Shown: positions 23,305-36,030, counted from the first letter of the whole stretch. The stretch: DNA of 60,243 nucleotides, filler included, from Circinaria calcarea (GCA_051942165.1; 13 parts of 13 records of this genome joined end to end with filler, not necessarily neighbours in it); one strand, 5' to 3'. Numbers and translations are program-made. Notes: a model not told the origin generated them from the letters alone.

Positions 23305-26300
23305 TCAAACACTAGCACTATACCCCACCCCCAACCCTCTCCGGCCCCTCGTCCGGCTCCGCCAAAACTTCCTCGCCTCATCCACCCAAAAAACCGTACT
23401 CGCAATGCCCACCAGCAGGCCCAGATCCCCGGCGCCCAAGCCCTCGGTCTGAAAGATGCGCTGCAGAAACGGGACGTAAACGACGGCCATCTGGCCCATC
23501 AGACTGCCGCCCACGGCGTAATTGAACATTCTGTTCCCCATCACCGGTAATTCCCCCCGGAGCACGCTCTTGGCCTCGCTGCGGCAGTTGAGCGCGTTGA
23601 ACATGTCGAAGAAGACGAAGCAGGTAAAGGTCATGGTGGTGTCGCGGGCGGTGACGGTGCTGTCGAGGGACATTTCGCGGATGTAGACGCAAATGGTACC
23701 GAGCATGATGACGAAGGCGGAGGTGAGGACGCGTTGGATTAGGGGGCGAGTGAGGACGCGGGCGTTTTTGGCGCGGGGAGGGCGGGACATGACGGCTGGG
23801 TCGACGGGTTCGACGCCGAGGGATTGGGCGGGGGGCCCGTCCATTAGGATATCTACATTCGTGATTAGGAGGGTTAGGTAAAGTAGGACGAGGGTATACT
23901 TACTAATCCATAGGATTTGCATGGCGTTCAGAGGATTCTTGAAGCCAAAAATTGTACTGAGAAGAACGAGAGATAATGCAGCGACACTCGTACTGAGTTG
24001 AAAGGTGAGAAAGTTCTGGATGTTGTAGAAAATGCCTTTGCCCTCTTCTATAGCGCTCAAGATTGTCGAGAAGTCGTCGTCAGTCAGGATCATATCCGCA
24101 GCCTCCTTGGCAACATCGGTCCCAAGCAAGCCCATTGAAATTCCAATGTCTGCCTTCTTCAACGCCGGAGCGTCGTTAACCCCATCTCCAGTCATTGCAA
24201 CAACGTCACCACGCGACTGCAATGCTCTGATGATTTTCATCTTATGCTCTGGACTTGTCCTAGCAAATATCGATGTCGTAGCCATTGCGCTGGCCAATTC
24301 AGACTCGGACATGCGGTCGATTTGGTCACCTCTCAATACTGATCGACGGCTAGCAGAGGTACCGACTCTTGGGTCGCTGACAGCCATGCCAAGTTTCTTA
24401 GCAATAGCGAGAGCTGTTGTTTCTGCATCACCAGTGATCATGATGACCTTCACACCACCTGCCATAAGCCGCCGTATCGACTTGTCAACGTCTTTTCGAG
24501 GGGGGTCGTACATGCCAACTATGCCGGCAAAGACTAAACCCTGGTATGGATCTTCCCCCGGCGGTTGCTGGCCAGCAGAGGATCCTGGGGTGTTGCTTCG
24601 GCTGACAGAAGGTGTATATCTGAGCGAGCGACTTGGGTCTCTAGATGACCCGCTTGCAAAACCGAGAACTCTGAGTCCTTCTTCTGCCATATTTTCTGCA
24701 GCAGCGACTGCGGCTTGTCGTCTTGTCTCATCAAGTACGATTTCTCGACCATCCTTGGTAAGATATGTATCACATCTCTTCAGTACCTGCTCCAAAGCTC
24801 CTTTTATATAAGCGACTTCTGGCCCATTGACAATTTCATTTGTGGCGGCTCTTCCACCAATAACTACACCCATCCACTTTCTTTCAGAGCTGAAGGGAGT
24901 ATCTGTAGCTCGGTCTCCTATACGATCCCGAACGTCGTCCTCACCGAATAAGTCGAGCAGGTCAAGCATCGCGACATCTGTAGGTTGACCGACCCACCTA
25001 CTTTTTGTAATTAAGGAATCCTGATCGTGACGGAGCGTGGAAGAGAGGATTGCAGCAGAAGACGCCGTTGCAGGCGAGTCTACTGATGTTTTCGAGAGCC
25101 GAGCATTGTTGGCAATATTCCCAATGCGCAATATTGTACGGGTAGCAGAGTCTGGAGTCGAAGAAGCTATTTCCCTACCTACTTGAAAAGGATCTTCTGC
25201 GTCTATATGCCATATTTTGGTAACCGTCATGTGATTAAGTGTTAGTGTCCCTATAGGTTGATGAGCTTCGAATAAGGTTGATTCAAAAGTCACATACCTG
25301 TTTTGTCGCTGCACACGACGTTGACTGAGCCAAGGGTTTCAACACTTGGGAGCCTTCTCACTATTGCCCCTTGTTTGGCCATTCGCAAAACTCCCAGCGC
25401 AAGTGTGACAGTCACAATGATTGGAAGACCTTCGGGAATAGCTGCGACCGCTAGGGAAACGCCAATAGTAAACATTTCGAGGATCTGTCTGCCCTGGAGT
25501 ACACCGACAAGCATAATCAATCCAATAACTACAAAGGACATGTAGCTAAGTTCCTGGCCAAGTCGATCCATTGTTAGCTGAAGTGGCGTTCGAGGACTCT
25601 CGATTTCCGACAAGGAAGCAGATATTGCACCAAACTCAGTATTCCCCCCTGTAGCTATGACTAGACCTTGTCCATATCCTGAACGAACTAGAGTTCCCAT
25701 GAAAGCAATGTTCGTCTGCTCATTCAATCGAAGATCTGCCCCGACAGTACCTGCCGCTGGGGATGCGTAAGCCGGTGAGAGTGGAAAACCTGTGCTTGAG
25801 ATGTGCGAGTGTCTCGATGATCGCTCTAGGGCAAATGAATTCTTAACAACGGGTTCATTCTCCCCTGTCAAGTTTGACTCATCGATTGATAGATCGGCAG
25901 CACTGGTTATACGAATATCCGCCGGTATTCGGTCTCCAACCGAAAATATGACCAGATCGCCAGGTACGAGCTGCGATGCGGGCATTGTGGTCGAGGCTCT
26001 CTCAGCAGCAGAAGTGACAAACTCACCCCCATCCATTACCGGCTCCATCTCAATCCCATCTTGTGTATCCCGAACTCTCCCGGATCTTTCCCCTTTATCT
26101 ATTGTACCCCTAATTATGTGCGCAAAATGTGGTACAAGCTTGCTGAGCGCTTCTAGCGACTTTTCAGACCTATACTCCTGGACGAAGCCCACGGTAACCA
26201 CAATTGCAACTGCTATGGTGATGCTAATCGCATCATCCAGGTTGCCCATGATGAATGAAACGACGGCGGACCCGAGTAAAAGTAGAATAAGTGTTTCTTT

Positions 26301-26666
26301 GAATTGCTTGAGAAAGCGGAGCCACAATGGCTCCGAGCCCTCTTGTGGTAGCTCATTGGGTCCATGCTGGAGGAGCCTAGCTGCAGCGTCGGAAGGCGAG
26401 AGCCCATGTGTAAGGGAGGAGTTCAATCGGATAGTTGTCTCGTCAGGTCTGAGGAGCGAGTAGGTCGATGTTATGGACTACAAGTGGATCGCATTAGTAG
26501 CGTATATTTTCGGGAGATGCTTAAAATTTATGACTCTCACCGATGAGGTACTCGGGGTTCGTGGTGTGTGAGGAAGGGCTGATCTTTGAGGAGGTGAGGG
26601 CGGTCGAAGGGCGGATTTTGGCGCATTGAATAATGGGAGGGCTGAAGGAGTATTTGTTCTTGACAT
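23305..26666 (-). CDS. PMR1: secretory-pathway Ca2+/Mn2+ P-type ATPase; exons 26666-26541, 26477-25298, 25250-23904, 23852-23305
   Basis: [24 protein letters not shown] phosphorylation site (split by an intron), [44 protein letters not shown] (SPCA signature). Confidence 0.96.
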
Positions 26667-27350
26667 GATCTCATGGCCGAGACATGAGATTGGTTGCTCA
26701 CGAGCCAGAGGTCTTGTTTCTACAGAAGCATTCTCAGCACAGCTTTAAGCTGGCCCTCAAGACTCTGTTCCAACTGTAGGTACTCGTAGGGGCGGCCGAC
26801 TCTGGTGAACATTCGTGAACCTCCTTGAGCTGACGGCTTCTCACTCCTGATTTTCCACTGCTCTAATACCAAGTCAAGATATGTGGCAGAAAGTGATTGA
26901 AATACTAATGAACGTAAGAAATGACTGTATTGATATTGAGTTGGTATGCAGCTGTACGGTATAGTGCTCTTGTACCTTATCTGTTCGCAACGGTCTGATG
27001 TTTCGCTGCCATTACATGGGATACCCCTGTCGGTCTTGACACCGTCTCCCAGCCCTTCGCTCTTTACCATTCCCATCACCCCCCCTCCTCTACGCATCTC
27101 GAGACAACCACCGTCCTGCGCATCACATTGCTTTGCATTGCTTATAAGTGAGGGCTACCATCATTGCTTATAACGACTTACATCACCTTCAGATGCAACT
27201 GACAGTCTGTTGCGACGGCATAGTACGGGCGGCTTAGGGGTTTTCTACACGTACACATCCGACGCGCCTCTGTGAATAACACTGTCGCTCTTCGAGCTCG
27301 AGTTGCGCAAATTATCATCGGGATTATTTGCATTCTTCTTTTCGATAAGA

Positions 27351-27356
27351 ACGCGT
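27351..27356. promoter_or_regulatory. MCB-like element (ACGCGT) just upstream of RAD21; second ACGCG core at 27262-27266
   Basis: Exact hexamer; MCD1/rad21 is an established MBF target in yeasts, but a 6-mer can occur by chance. Confidence 0.3.
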
Positions 27357-27373
27357 TTAGGGAATCGCCCAGC

Positions 27374-27795
27374 ATGTTTTACTCCGAGACGTTGCTCTCG
27401 AAGACGGGCCCCTTGGCTCGCGTTTGGCTGTCAGCCAACCTCGAGCGGAAATTATCGAAACCGCAGATTCTACAGTCCAACATTGAAAGTAGCGTTCATG
27501 CTATTGTGGACTCCGGCCAAGCACCTATGGCTCTCCGGCTGAGTGGACAGCTGCTGCTAGGGGTTGTCAGGATATACAGCAGAAAAGCACGATATTTGAT
27601 GGACGACTGCAATGAGGCACTCTTAAAGATAAAGATGGTAGTATCTCGTCGCGTAAGGTCATAGCATTGTTTTCTAAAATGCAATAGGCGTTTCGTCCTG
27701 GAAATCCTGGAAATTTTGATATGCCCGCCAACTCCGCTGTTCCAAATCCGAGTCTCAATCTTCCCGAAACAATCACCGATATCGACATACCGCCT
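27374..27795 (+). CDS. RAD21: cohesin kleisin Rad21/Scc1, N-terminal part (3' truncated); exons 27374-27637, 27688->27795
   Basis: MFYSETLLSKTGPLARVWLSAN...LRLSGQLLLGVVRIYSRKARYL..DCNEAL.KIKM|AFRP, the Rad21/Rec8 N-terminal domain. Confidence 0.95.
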
Positions 27796-27895
27796 NNNNN
27801 NNNNNNNNNNNNNNNNNNNNNNNNNNNNNNNNNNNNNNNTTAATTAATTAANNNNNNNNNNNNNNNNNNNNNNNNNNNNNNNNNNNNNNNNNNNN
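27796..27895. other. artificial contig spacer
   Basis: 44 N + TTAATTAATTAA + 44 N. Confidence 0.99.
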
Positions 27896-28829
27896 GGTAC
27901 AGTCTAAATTCGAAGAGATCATGGAGGAAACCGCCGGTGGTATTTCCCTCCCTTTTGACATGAAGAGAAGCGAGGCATCCATCCGAGATGTCCGCCAAGT
28001 GGTGCGTTATAGCCAGCTTCACTCTAAAAACGAACTCGAGCTTGAGTTCGACGGCTTTATAGAAACGGCACGTATTGCCTCTTATGACCTTGGACGATTC
28101 AACAGTCATGTTGGGCGAGCGGTTGATAAAATCCTCTCTACGGCTCATTGGACCCAGCGTATGCTCGACGATATTGCAGCTAGTAGCGACTCTCGAGGCG
28201 CAGTGAATGCTTTTGTCACCGATACGCTGCTTGCGCCGTTCCAACCTGTTAAATTCACAGAAGACAAATTACTTGATCAGTATATTCGGCATACAGGCTA
28301 TGTAGAGGAGGAGATCACGCGCCTTCTTGGAGAAGCCCAGTCGTTACTTTCAACCCTCCAAAATCTAGAGGACCGTCTTGACATAATCCATGGCATCTCG
28401 GAGAAAGACAATAGTTCTGTTAAAGGATCCAGGGATGAAGTTCTGACCAAGTTATGGAGCAAATTAGGTGGCAACGGCAAGAGGCTAGGGAGGTACCAAA
28501 GAGACCTTGACCTCTTGGAAAAGGTCGGTCAATATCGGCGCCTGGCGTGGGCTCACGTCACCGGGACAATATTAAAACTGCAAGCCATGGGTTCCGAGTT
28601 GGAAGGGCTGCGGGAAAGGGTAGGGTCTGCAGAATTATTGGGGGATCGAGCGCATGTCCCGCTTAGTGTGCACATTAAGAACATCCAGCTTGGCGTGGAA
28701 AGATTGGAAGCAGGAAGAGCCCATGCGAGGCAGGTGGAGAATGATTACAGGAGACGGCTGTTGGATCAGGGCGGGGAAGGGGAGGATATAAGACGAGTCA
28801 GAGAAGGGAAGTTGATCGAGAGTCATTAA
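27896..28829 (+). CDS. fungal helical/coiled-coil protein of unknown function, 5' truncated
   Basis: Uninterrupted frame of over 300 codons from the contig edge with amphipathic helical composition (LPFDMKRSEASIRD..., LWSKLGGN, IQLGVERL). Confidence 0.75.
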
Positions 28830-30315
28830 TGTTATCGTTAAAATCTTAAGAGCCTAGTGATACCCAACGGATCATGTTCGGATGCGAGGCGATTCGTTGG
28901 CAATTGTGCATTCATTCTATACTTGGCGTTGAAATGATTCACCCAAATATAGCTCAAGCCATTCAGTGAAGGGGGCCATGTCAGCATAGCATTGGGACGT
29001 GGTTTCCTTCAAGACCTTCCTTCAAGACCGTTCTTCAAACGTTTTTTCCGTAACACGCCCCAATGTCATGGTCGAAACTGCCCCATAAGTCGAGGAAGTT
29101 ATCGGCGATAAGGCTAACAACGCAAATGCAAGACGTTGTTATTTTCTCCAGGAATTCGCTCGTTTCGTATTCTTCCGTAGTATCTACTACTCTGCTCCGA
29201 TGCAACGTTTTCCCGAAGAGGATCATTTCGACCTTTACCATAGCCTGCCAGGTGTCGTTTTGGGAAGCAATAGTACTGGTGCGTTCTTCGCCTTATGTCC
29301 GGAGAGGTGACGATTAGTGATCATTCAAAAGGGTTTAATCGTCGATGGTGTGCTGCAAAGTATACTGTAAGCTGAGCTGGGCACTTTCGCAACGCTGGAT
29401 TGCGAATGGATATTTTCAGCATTCTGCAAAACGGCACTGCCCGTTGTGATACCACTCGAAGCATTAAGTCCCAAAGCCCCTCCCGGCAAGCCCGTCGTTT
29501 GCCGCACGCCTTCTGTAGCCTTCTGCAAGTGGCGCCGGTCGACGTTGGGGGCCGTTGGCATGTGGCACAAGAGAAGTTTCTCGACCGCATTGGAACCTCT
29601 CATTTCTCCCCCAAGACGACGATTTCTCCCCCAAGATGACATCTCAGCGGAGAATGTCGGGACTCAATGGACAATTTAATCGCAGTCTGCCTTGCAGCCT
29701 TGTCCGTGGTTCTGGTTACGGCATGGCGAACCGAGCTGCGCCACCCATTCAACTTCACGAATCGTCAACTTTCGGAACGCGCCAATGGTTGATTTTTTGA
29801 AGAACAAAGTGTGGATGACTGCGACGGTGGAAGATGACAGTCGGACACGAAACAGTGGCCTTGAGCTTAGAAAAGAGGCCGCTGCGAGTGATTACATGTA
29901 GAACTTTGATGGGGGCTCTGTTGCCTGGTTGCCTTGGGGCCAAAGCCATGATGGTGTGGACCATCGAAGCTGAGCACTCGACAAGATACCTATGCTAGGC
30001 TTTCAGGTGGCAATCCACTATTGTGATATTCCGTCGAGAGCTTCATTTCAGTTATTAGGCCCTTTCTGTCCAGGTTCTTAGCGGCACATCTCTATCCAAC
30101 AGCAGCTCTACAGACCTGCAAATCCAAAAGTCATCCTAGCATGTCTTTGACATCGTTCACTTGAATCGGCGCACTAGTGGAACATCCTCGTCTCATATCG
30201 GATACTCGTCGGTCAAAGCCCTAAAGCGCCAAGGGCTCCCGAAAGTTAAGCTGCTTGCCTCCAGCAAATCACCATCAAAGTTTCAGTTCAACAAACCTTT
30301 CAAATCACAATCACA

Positions 30316-31026
30316 ATGGTGTGGCCTAAACTCGTAGGCAACATCGTAATAAGAGAGCGCGCTCGAAGATATCCAAATGAGCCTAGATACAAGAGACTGG
30401 ATTTCATTAGGGAAAGGAATCCGCCGGACCTTGATGAGTGGGACTTGGTGTCCCCCTCAAAGGCCCGCCAAGTGGTCATCGTCCAAGAAACCAACGGACC
30501 TCCTCCATCAGAGGAACTACCACCGGCGCCGCCATTGTATATACAGCAACAGGAATACTATGACCCGTATTACCGTCAGCATCAGCATCAGCACTACCAG
30601 CCTCAACAGCACTACCAACCTCAAGGAAACCATCAGTACTACTACCAGCAACAGCCCAATGTGCCTCCTCCCCCGCCTCATCACCCTCCCCAAGCGCAGA
30701 TGGCTTACCATGACCCTTTCCAGCGCAGAATCGAATACCCGGACCGCCAAGACGATATCATTCAGATCATCAAACCAGCCCCGGAGCCGGTCATGGCCAA
30801 TCGCCGTTCAGGACCTTGTTATGTTGAAGTGAAACCCCGCTCAAAATCCCCTGGTCGGATACGGGTAATTTCGAGCAAGAAGAAAAGATCAAAGTCCAGG
30901 AACAGAAGGCTCATCCGAGGTGACTCGGTGTACACTAGTGATGATGATAATCTCAGTGGCGGCCACCGGTACTACCTGAATTACGAATCAGACGATAGCT
31001 TGGATGGTCTTGTGACCCGGCGTTGA
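30316..31026 (+). CDS. hypothetical low-complexity (Gln/Pro/His-rich, Arg/Ser-rich) protein
   Basis: 236-codon ORF with ACAATGG start context; no family recognised. Confidence 0.6.
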   Translation: MVWPKLVGNIVIRERARRYPNEPRYKRLDFIRERNPPDLDEWDLVSPSKARQVVIVQETNGPPPSEELPPAPPLYIQQQEYYDPYYRQHQHQHYQPQQHYQPQGNHQYYYQQQPNVPPPPPHHPPQAQMAYHDPFQRRIEYPDRQDDIIQIIKPAPEPVMANRRSGPCYVEVKPRSKSPGRIRVISSKKKRSKSRNRRLIRGDSVYTSDDDNLSGGHRYYLNYESDDSLDGLVTRR

Positions 31027-32433
31027 AACGGTTTGGTTGTGATGGGAGCACGCTTCCCTCATTGATGATGTCTAAGTTGGAACCTGACATGGGCGGCTCT
31101 TCTTCTCTTATGTTCTGAAGCATGTCTTTCGCATTGGTTGGTCGGGTTAACGGAACAATGGTGGTTAGGTTTCTAGATTACCACATCGGTGTATGTCCTA
31201 CTTCGGCAGATCTCTCTCGATTTTTTTGACAGCGTTCGAAACCACGAGATATAACATTATCAGTTTGCTGGGAACCATGAAGAATAGCTTCTAGTCTTAA
31301 TTAGTACGCAGATCGCTATTCACGAGATCATTCTCTTCTTCCCGAAAGCCCTTATATTTCAAACGCCTTTGGTAGTGCTTTTCCCAGAGACGCACTATAG
31401 AACTCTATAGAAGCAAGGCTTGAATACTGGAAGATGCATCATGGCTTTACTCGACTAGATGCATCTAAACTCACCTCTCTGTGTCGAACCAAGGTCTTTT
31501 AGCTGCTTATCATATTTCTCAGTTATCGTATCAATTCCTCCAGAAATTTAGTAGCGACTAAAGGCGCCGTCGTCCAAGAATTAAAGCTAGGAAATTCAAA
31601 GCAAGTGAGCGGAAGTCGTGGCTCTAGTAACGAAGAAATCTTAGAAGACCTCTCATTTAGAAATTGTATATCATCACGAGCGATAAGACCTTGACGCTAT
31701 TGACATTCAATTCAGGAGACATAATCTGGATGTAATGGGGCCGGGCATTCCTGATACCCAACTGTTCAGCCCACCCCGATCGAGACGACAAGCTGGAGGA
31801 TGGCGAGTACTGAAAACGCTATGGTAGAAAGGACAAGAGTACCACACACAGATAGGTACCGACCAATTAATGGAGAATGGGGTAATGGGACGAAGGGTAT
31901 TGAGGGTAGTTGTAGATTTACCCGACGCAATGCAGATTGGACAAGATCCAATACTCCTTGTACGTCAGCCGATATGCTCTCTCGACTGTCAGTATCGTAT
32001 CACGCCAGGGCCCGAGCACCAAACAGATGCGCAGGCACACCAAAGAAGCTTTATCTGACGGCCATTGGAAAGAGAGATGGGATGAGCTGAAGCTTCGACT
32101 TTCGACACTGATGGCTGATCCTTAGATATCTAAGCGAGGGCTTAGCTGGCATCATCTCGTAGATATCGAACCTGTTTGGAGAGCAGACAGGCCGTGAGCG
32201 ATGATTTCAAGGTGAAACGATTTGGGAGTCTGGCGCTCTCCACACGCTGTCTTGCATCTACAACTTTCCACGACGCTGTGGACTGCCATTCCAGACCAGT
32301 ATGAAGCGGTCGGCAGGGTCACCATGGGCGTTCCTGTTTCGTACGTTGCGGGGCGACAGAATGTTCCATAGATGCTAATGACTTGGCCTAGTGTTACTAT
32401 TAGTCTCTTTCCCGTCGGTATGGATGAAGCAGC

Positions 32434-32533
32434 NNNNNNNNNNNNNNNNNNNNNNNNNNNNNNNNNNNNNNNNNNNNTTAATTAATTAANNNNNNNNNNN
32501 NNNNNNNNNNNNNNNNNNNNNNNNNNNNNNNNN
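32434..32533. other. artificial contig spacer
   Basis: 44 N + TTAATTAATTAA + 44 N. Confidence 0.99.
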
Positions 32534-33038
32534 GATCAATCTTTTCAGTTCGAGTCTGGCAATTGCTACCACTCGAGGTTTCGAGGTTTTGACCTTGGAC
32601 AAGAAAATCCCTTTTAGCATACCCGACCTCAAGCCTCCCGATTGCGCGTCGATTGCTGCGCGGATTCGAGATCAGAAGCCGCTTGGCATGTTTCGTCTTT
32701 CGGAGAGTGAGTTTCTTCTCGTCTTCGAAGACGTCGGCATCTATGTCAACAAACACGGGGATGTCTCTCGGGCGGTGGTCATGGAGTTTGTGGGCCGAGC
32801 CAAGCAGGCGGTACTCTACCATGGAACATATCTTGTGCTCGTAGACATTGGGGCCGGGTTTGTGGAAGTTCGCAACGCCATCAACGGGCGCTTACGACAG
32901 GTCGTCAGCGGTCGGGATGTGCGCTTACTCGACGACGGGGTCAACGGGGGAAGCGTGAAGATTTGCATGCAGCATCCGGAGTTGGAACGGTGCCAGATTG
33001 TCCTCGAGATGATTGTTAACGAAGGACTCAAGGAATGA
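32534..33038 (+). CDS. C-terminal CNH (citron homology) domain of a Rho1 GEF (Tus1/Rgf3/Rom-like), 5' truncated
   Basis: RGFEVLTLD...KPLGMFRLSESEFLLVF...YVNKHG..SR....F.G...FVEVRNA.NGRLRQVV.GRDVRLL. Confidence 0.85.
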
Positions 33039-33548
33039 AAAGGGAATGCTTTCTTTTGCTGGTGCTTGGGATACCATTGGATTGTCACGGTCGCTGGAGT
33101 ATGAGTGAGTCAAAGGGAATCCTCTCGACTTATGATTTTGCGGTGGGGAGGAATCTGGAATGGTCACAATGGGTGGGCATAGTCGTCATTGCTTGCCATC
33201 TCTGCAGGTACACGGAGGAACCTATCTTTCTCATGGATCGTGGTGTATATAGCGGCGGGTTGTGTACGCTACCGTGTGGCAGTCATCGGACGAGAGTAGA
33301 GAGGAGCTCGAGGCGACCTTTCACTTGTATTTCACTTGGATCCGTCTATAACTCGAGTGGGATATTTGGTAGTCGCCGAGCTCCTTTGGCGTTATGACGT
33401 ACCTCGGCATCCAGTGCTGACAAACGGATCGTTGGCCCCAACCCCACTTCATCCCCCATTCCCTCGACTCCCTTACAACGTCGACAGTCGAAAGACATAG
33501 AACGCAGCCTCAATTATCCCATTTGCTTAAACTCTCATCACAGTCACA

Positions 33549-34501
33549 ATGGTCAAAGCAGGTAAGCCCCGTTTCGACTGTTGTGGTGCACCCTGGCGTC
33601 GTCCATCACCCTCCATTGGGTTAGGAGAGACCGTTTGAGCACATTCTTCTGCAGCAAAGCGTGACAGGAGACCAACGTGGTGCTCGGAGTCGACCTTAGC
33701 GCCAAGGGTACAGGAGGAAGTCTCCTTTGGCACAGTGGGATTCTGGACTCTTGCCACTCCCAGCTATTTCCGGTGCATCCGCTGGTATCCAGGTCTCTTT
33801 CTCTTCTCAATGTCCATCTAATCTCTCCATTCGCCATTAACTCATCTACTCTACCGCCGTTGCTAACGAGGTATGACCCGCAGTCGCTGTCCTCCGTGGG
33901 GACTCCAAAGTCTCCGGCACCGTCACCTTGGAGCAATCCTCCGAGTCCTCCCCTACAACCATCTCTTACGACATCACCGGCAACGACTCTGACGCTGAAC
34001 GAGGCATGCATATCCATCAGTTTGGGGATAACACCAACGGCTGTACGAGCGCGGGCCCGCATTGTATGTCTACTCTCCTCCTCATCCCCGATAAATCCCG
34101 TGCACTTTCTCCCCACTCCCGACCTTCGCACTGACCATCACCTCTAACAGTCAACCCCCACTCCAAATCCCATGGCGCCCCCAACGACTCCGAGCGCCAC
34201 GTGGGCGACCTCGGAAACTACAAAACCGACTCCCAAGGCAACGCCAAGGGCACCGTAACCGACAACCTCATCAAGCTAATTGGGCCTGAAAGCGTTCTAG
34301 GCAGGACCTTTGTGGTCCATTCGGGGACGGACGATTTGGGGAAGGGCGGGCACGAGCAGAGTAAGCTTACGGGGAACGCGGGGGCGAGGCCGGCATGTGG
34401 TGAGTACTTTCCGTCTTCGTTCTGCCGTGGGGAAGCTGGGTTTGGTAGGGGAAGGAACGGGGGCTGATGTATCTATAGGTGTTATTGGTATTGCACAGTA
34501 G
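33549..34501 (+). CDS. SOD1: Cu/Zn superoxide dismutase, 154 aa; exons 33549-33561, 33884-34063, 34151-34399, 34479-34501
   Basis: [12 protein letters not shown]...[41 protein letters not shown]...[17 protein letters not shown]...[17 protein letters not shown]; exons sum to 465 nt; metal ligands present. Confidence 0.98.
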
Positions 34502-34944
34502 AAGGTATCTGGACGATGCAGCGCAATCATAAACATCCGTAGCAAGGGTCCAATCATTGACAACACGGGTATCCAAGATCTCAGATGTGACATATGAGAT
34601 ATGGTAGCTCAACTATACAGAATTGATTATTACTTTATATAAGCTATACCTATTTCTATTCAACACCTTTCCATTCTCCCTTCCACAAGCATCGCCTTAT
34701 AAGCTACAGGCCTGGCGGTTTCACTGTCGAGTGTGTCTCGTTTCCTAAATTACTCTGACACCGCCTACGCACCCTTGCCCCCACCGGTTCACCTCTTCTC
34801 CGTTCAGCCCGGATCAGCATAGAGGTCTTGACTGATCGTAGGGGGGATTCTACCTGCCAGCACAGTGTGCCCTTACCTTTACTTTCGCATGTGGCTTTCT
34901 TCAAAACCTCTTCCCTTAAACTTCCGTCTGACTATTTGACTTTC

Positions 34945-35562
34945 TTATACATCGTCTATAACTCTAGGTAAGCGCTTGGATTTGATGGGATTCACTTGAA
35001 CTTGCTCTGCGGAGGAACTCTGATATAGCGTGCAGCGATCAAGGTTTGCCTTTGTCAACCCATATCTTTTAGACAAGGCCGCATTCTGCGCCTTTGAACG
35101 TGCAGACCGCGAACAGGCTTCTGATCCCTTGCTCTCGCAAAGCTTTCCAGACGTATTTCCTTGAAGCTTTTCACTCAAGGTTGGCTTCCTGACTCGATTT
35201 TTCCCACGCATGCACCTCTGCGCCGAAGGCCGTATGAGTTTCGGAGAGGGTAGGCGGGGTGCGGGTGCGGGTGCGGGTGCAGACGGGCTGTCTGGAATAG
35301 GGAGCACAGGACTCAGAGCGAGCACCGGCGTGGGGCATTCGGATGAGAGCTCTCGGGGGGTTGGAGGAAGCGATTTCTGCTTGGAAGGTGCGCTGATTTG
35401 GAAGCCATCTGCGTCGAAGCGTGGTCCGTGGAGAGTATAGAAGCTATCCAGATTTCGATACCAGTGCACCCATACCTCTGGATGCTTTTCACACAAAGCT
35501 CGGATATGTGTCTGTCGCATCAAGGCCAGTTCCTGGTACTCTTCAAAGTCGCCCAAACTCAT
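34945..35562 (-). CDS. orphan hypothetical protein (Pro-rich middle, basic C-terminus)
   Basis: About 205-codon ORF from the ATG at 35562 (ACCATG context); no family recognised. Confidence 0.45.
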   Translation of the reverse strand: MSLGDFEEYQELALMRQTHIRALCEKHPEVWVHWYRNLDSFYTLHGPRFDADGFQISAPSKQKSLPPTPRELSSECPTPVLALSPVLPIPDSPSAPAPAPAPRLPSPKLIRPSAQRCMRGKNRVRKPTLSEKLQGNTSGKLCESKGSEACSRSARSKAQNAALSKRYGLTKANLDRCTLYQSSSAEQVQVNPIKSKRLPRVIDDV

Positions 35563-35764
35563 GGTTGAAATCGATATCGCTTCTTGGGGCCAGGAAAGGG
35601 TGGCACTCACGCACTGCAGTGAAGGTGAGGTTACGGAGTACAGAGGTGTATTGCAAAACTCATCGCATATACGCTAAAAGCTCCGGGGTATCGGTAGGCT
35701 CAGCTCCGGAGGGGTGTTATCACCTAACTTTAGTGTACTCATCACTAATGCTGGCTGGGCAATA

Positions 35765-36030
35765 GCCCGGCACGCGGGTGATAAAATTCTCGGCACACCA
35801 AAACTCTGCCCCGCCTAAATTCTACGCAACACCACATACAATTACTTAGTAGGTGTAGGAAATTCGTGATTGAATTCATGATTCCAAGAATAGGAGAGGT
35901 GACTCGACGTTTCCTCGGCATTTTGCATAGAAGTTGTATGTGGTGTAGCGGAGAAAAGTCGTTATGTTGCGTAGAGTTAGGTAGGGAGAAGTTTTGGTGT
36001 GCCGAGAATTTTGTCACCCGCGTGCCCGGA
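35765..36030. mobile_element. 266-bp MITE or internally deleted DNA transposon, Tc1/mariner-pogo type
   Basis: About 66-bp imperfect TIRs (core GGCACGCGGGTGAYAAAATTCTCGGCACACCAAAACT) at 35765-35831 and 35965-36030; TA on both flanks (35763-35764, 36031-36032). Confidence 0.85.

Noticed and set aside
24032..26463. Long plus-strand ORFs (259 aa and 223 aa) opposite PMR1, and similar shadow ORFs opposite atrR, COX10 and SOD1
   Set aside because: Antisense shadows of conserved coding sequence with no motifs of their own.
29582..29640. Direct repeat ATTTCTCCCCCAAGAYGAC x2 (and CCTTCAAGACC x2 near 29006-29029)
   Set aside because: Two-copy local duplications in intergenic DNA with no further structure.
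31766..32433. Possible minus-strand terminal exons at the end of contig 7
   Set aside because: Splice-like signals and short open frames exist, but no family is recognisable and no single model is supportable.
33661..33736. Calling the SOD1 intron hairpin an H/ACA snoRNA
   Set aside because: An ACA follows the hairpin, but the pocket-to-ACA distance is about 27 nt rather than 14-16 and no clear H box with a first hairpin was found; kept only as an unclassified structure candidate.
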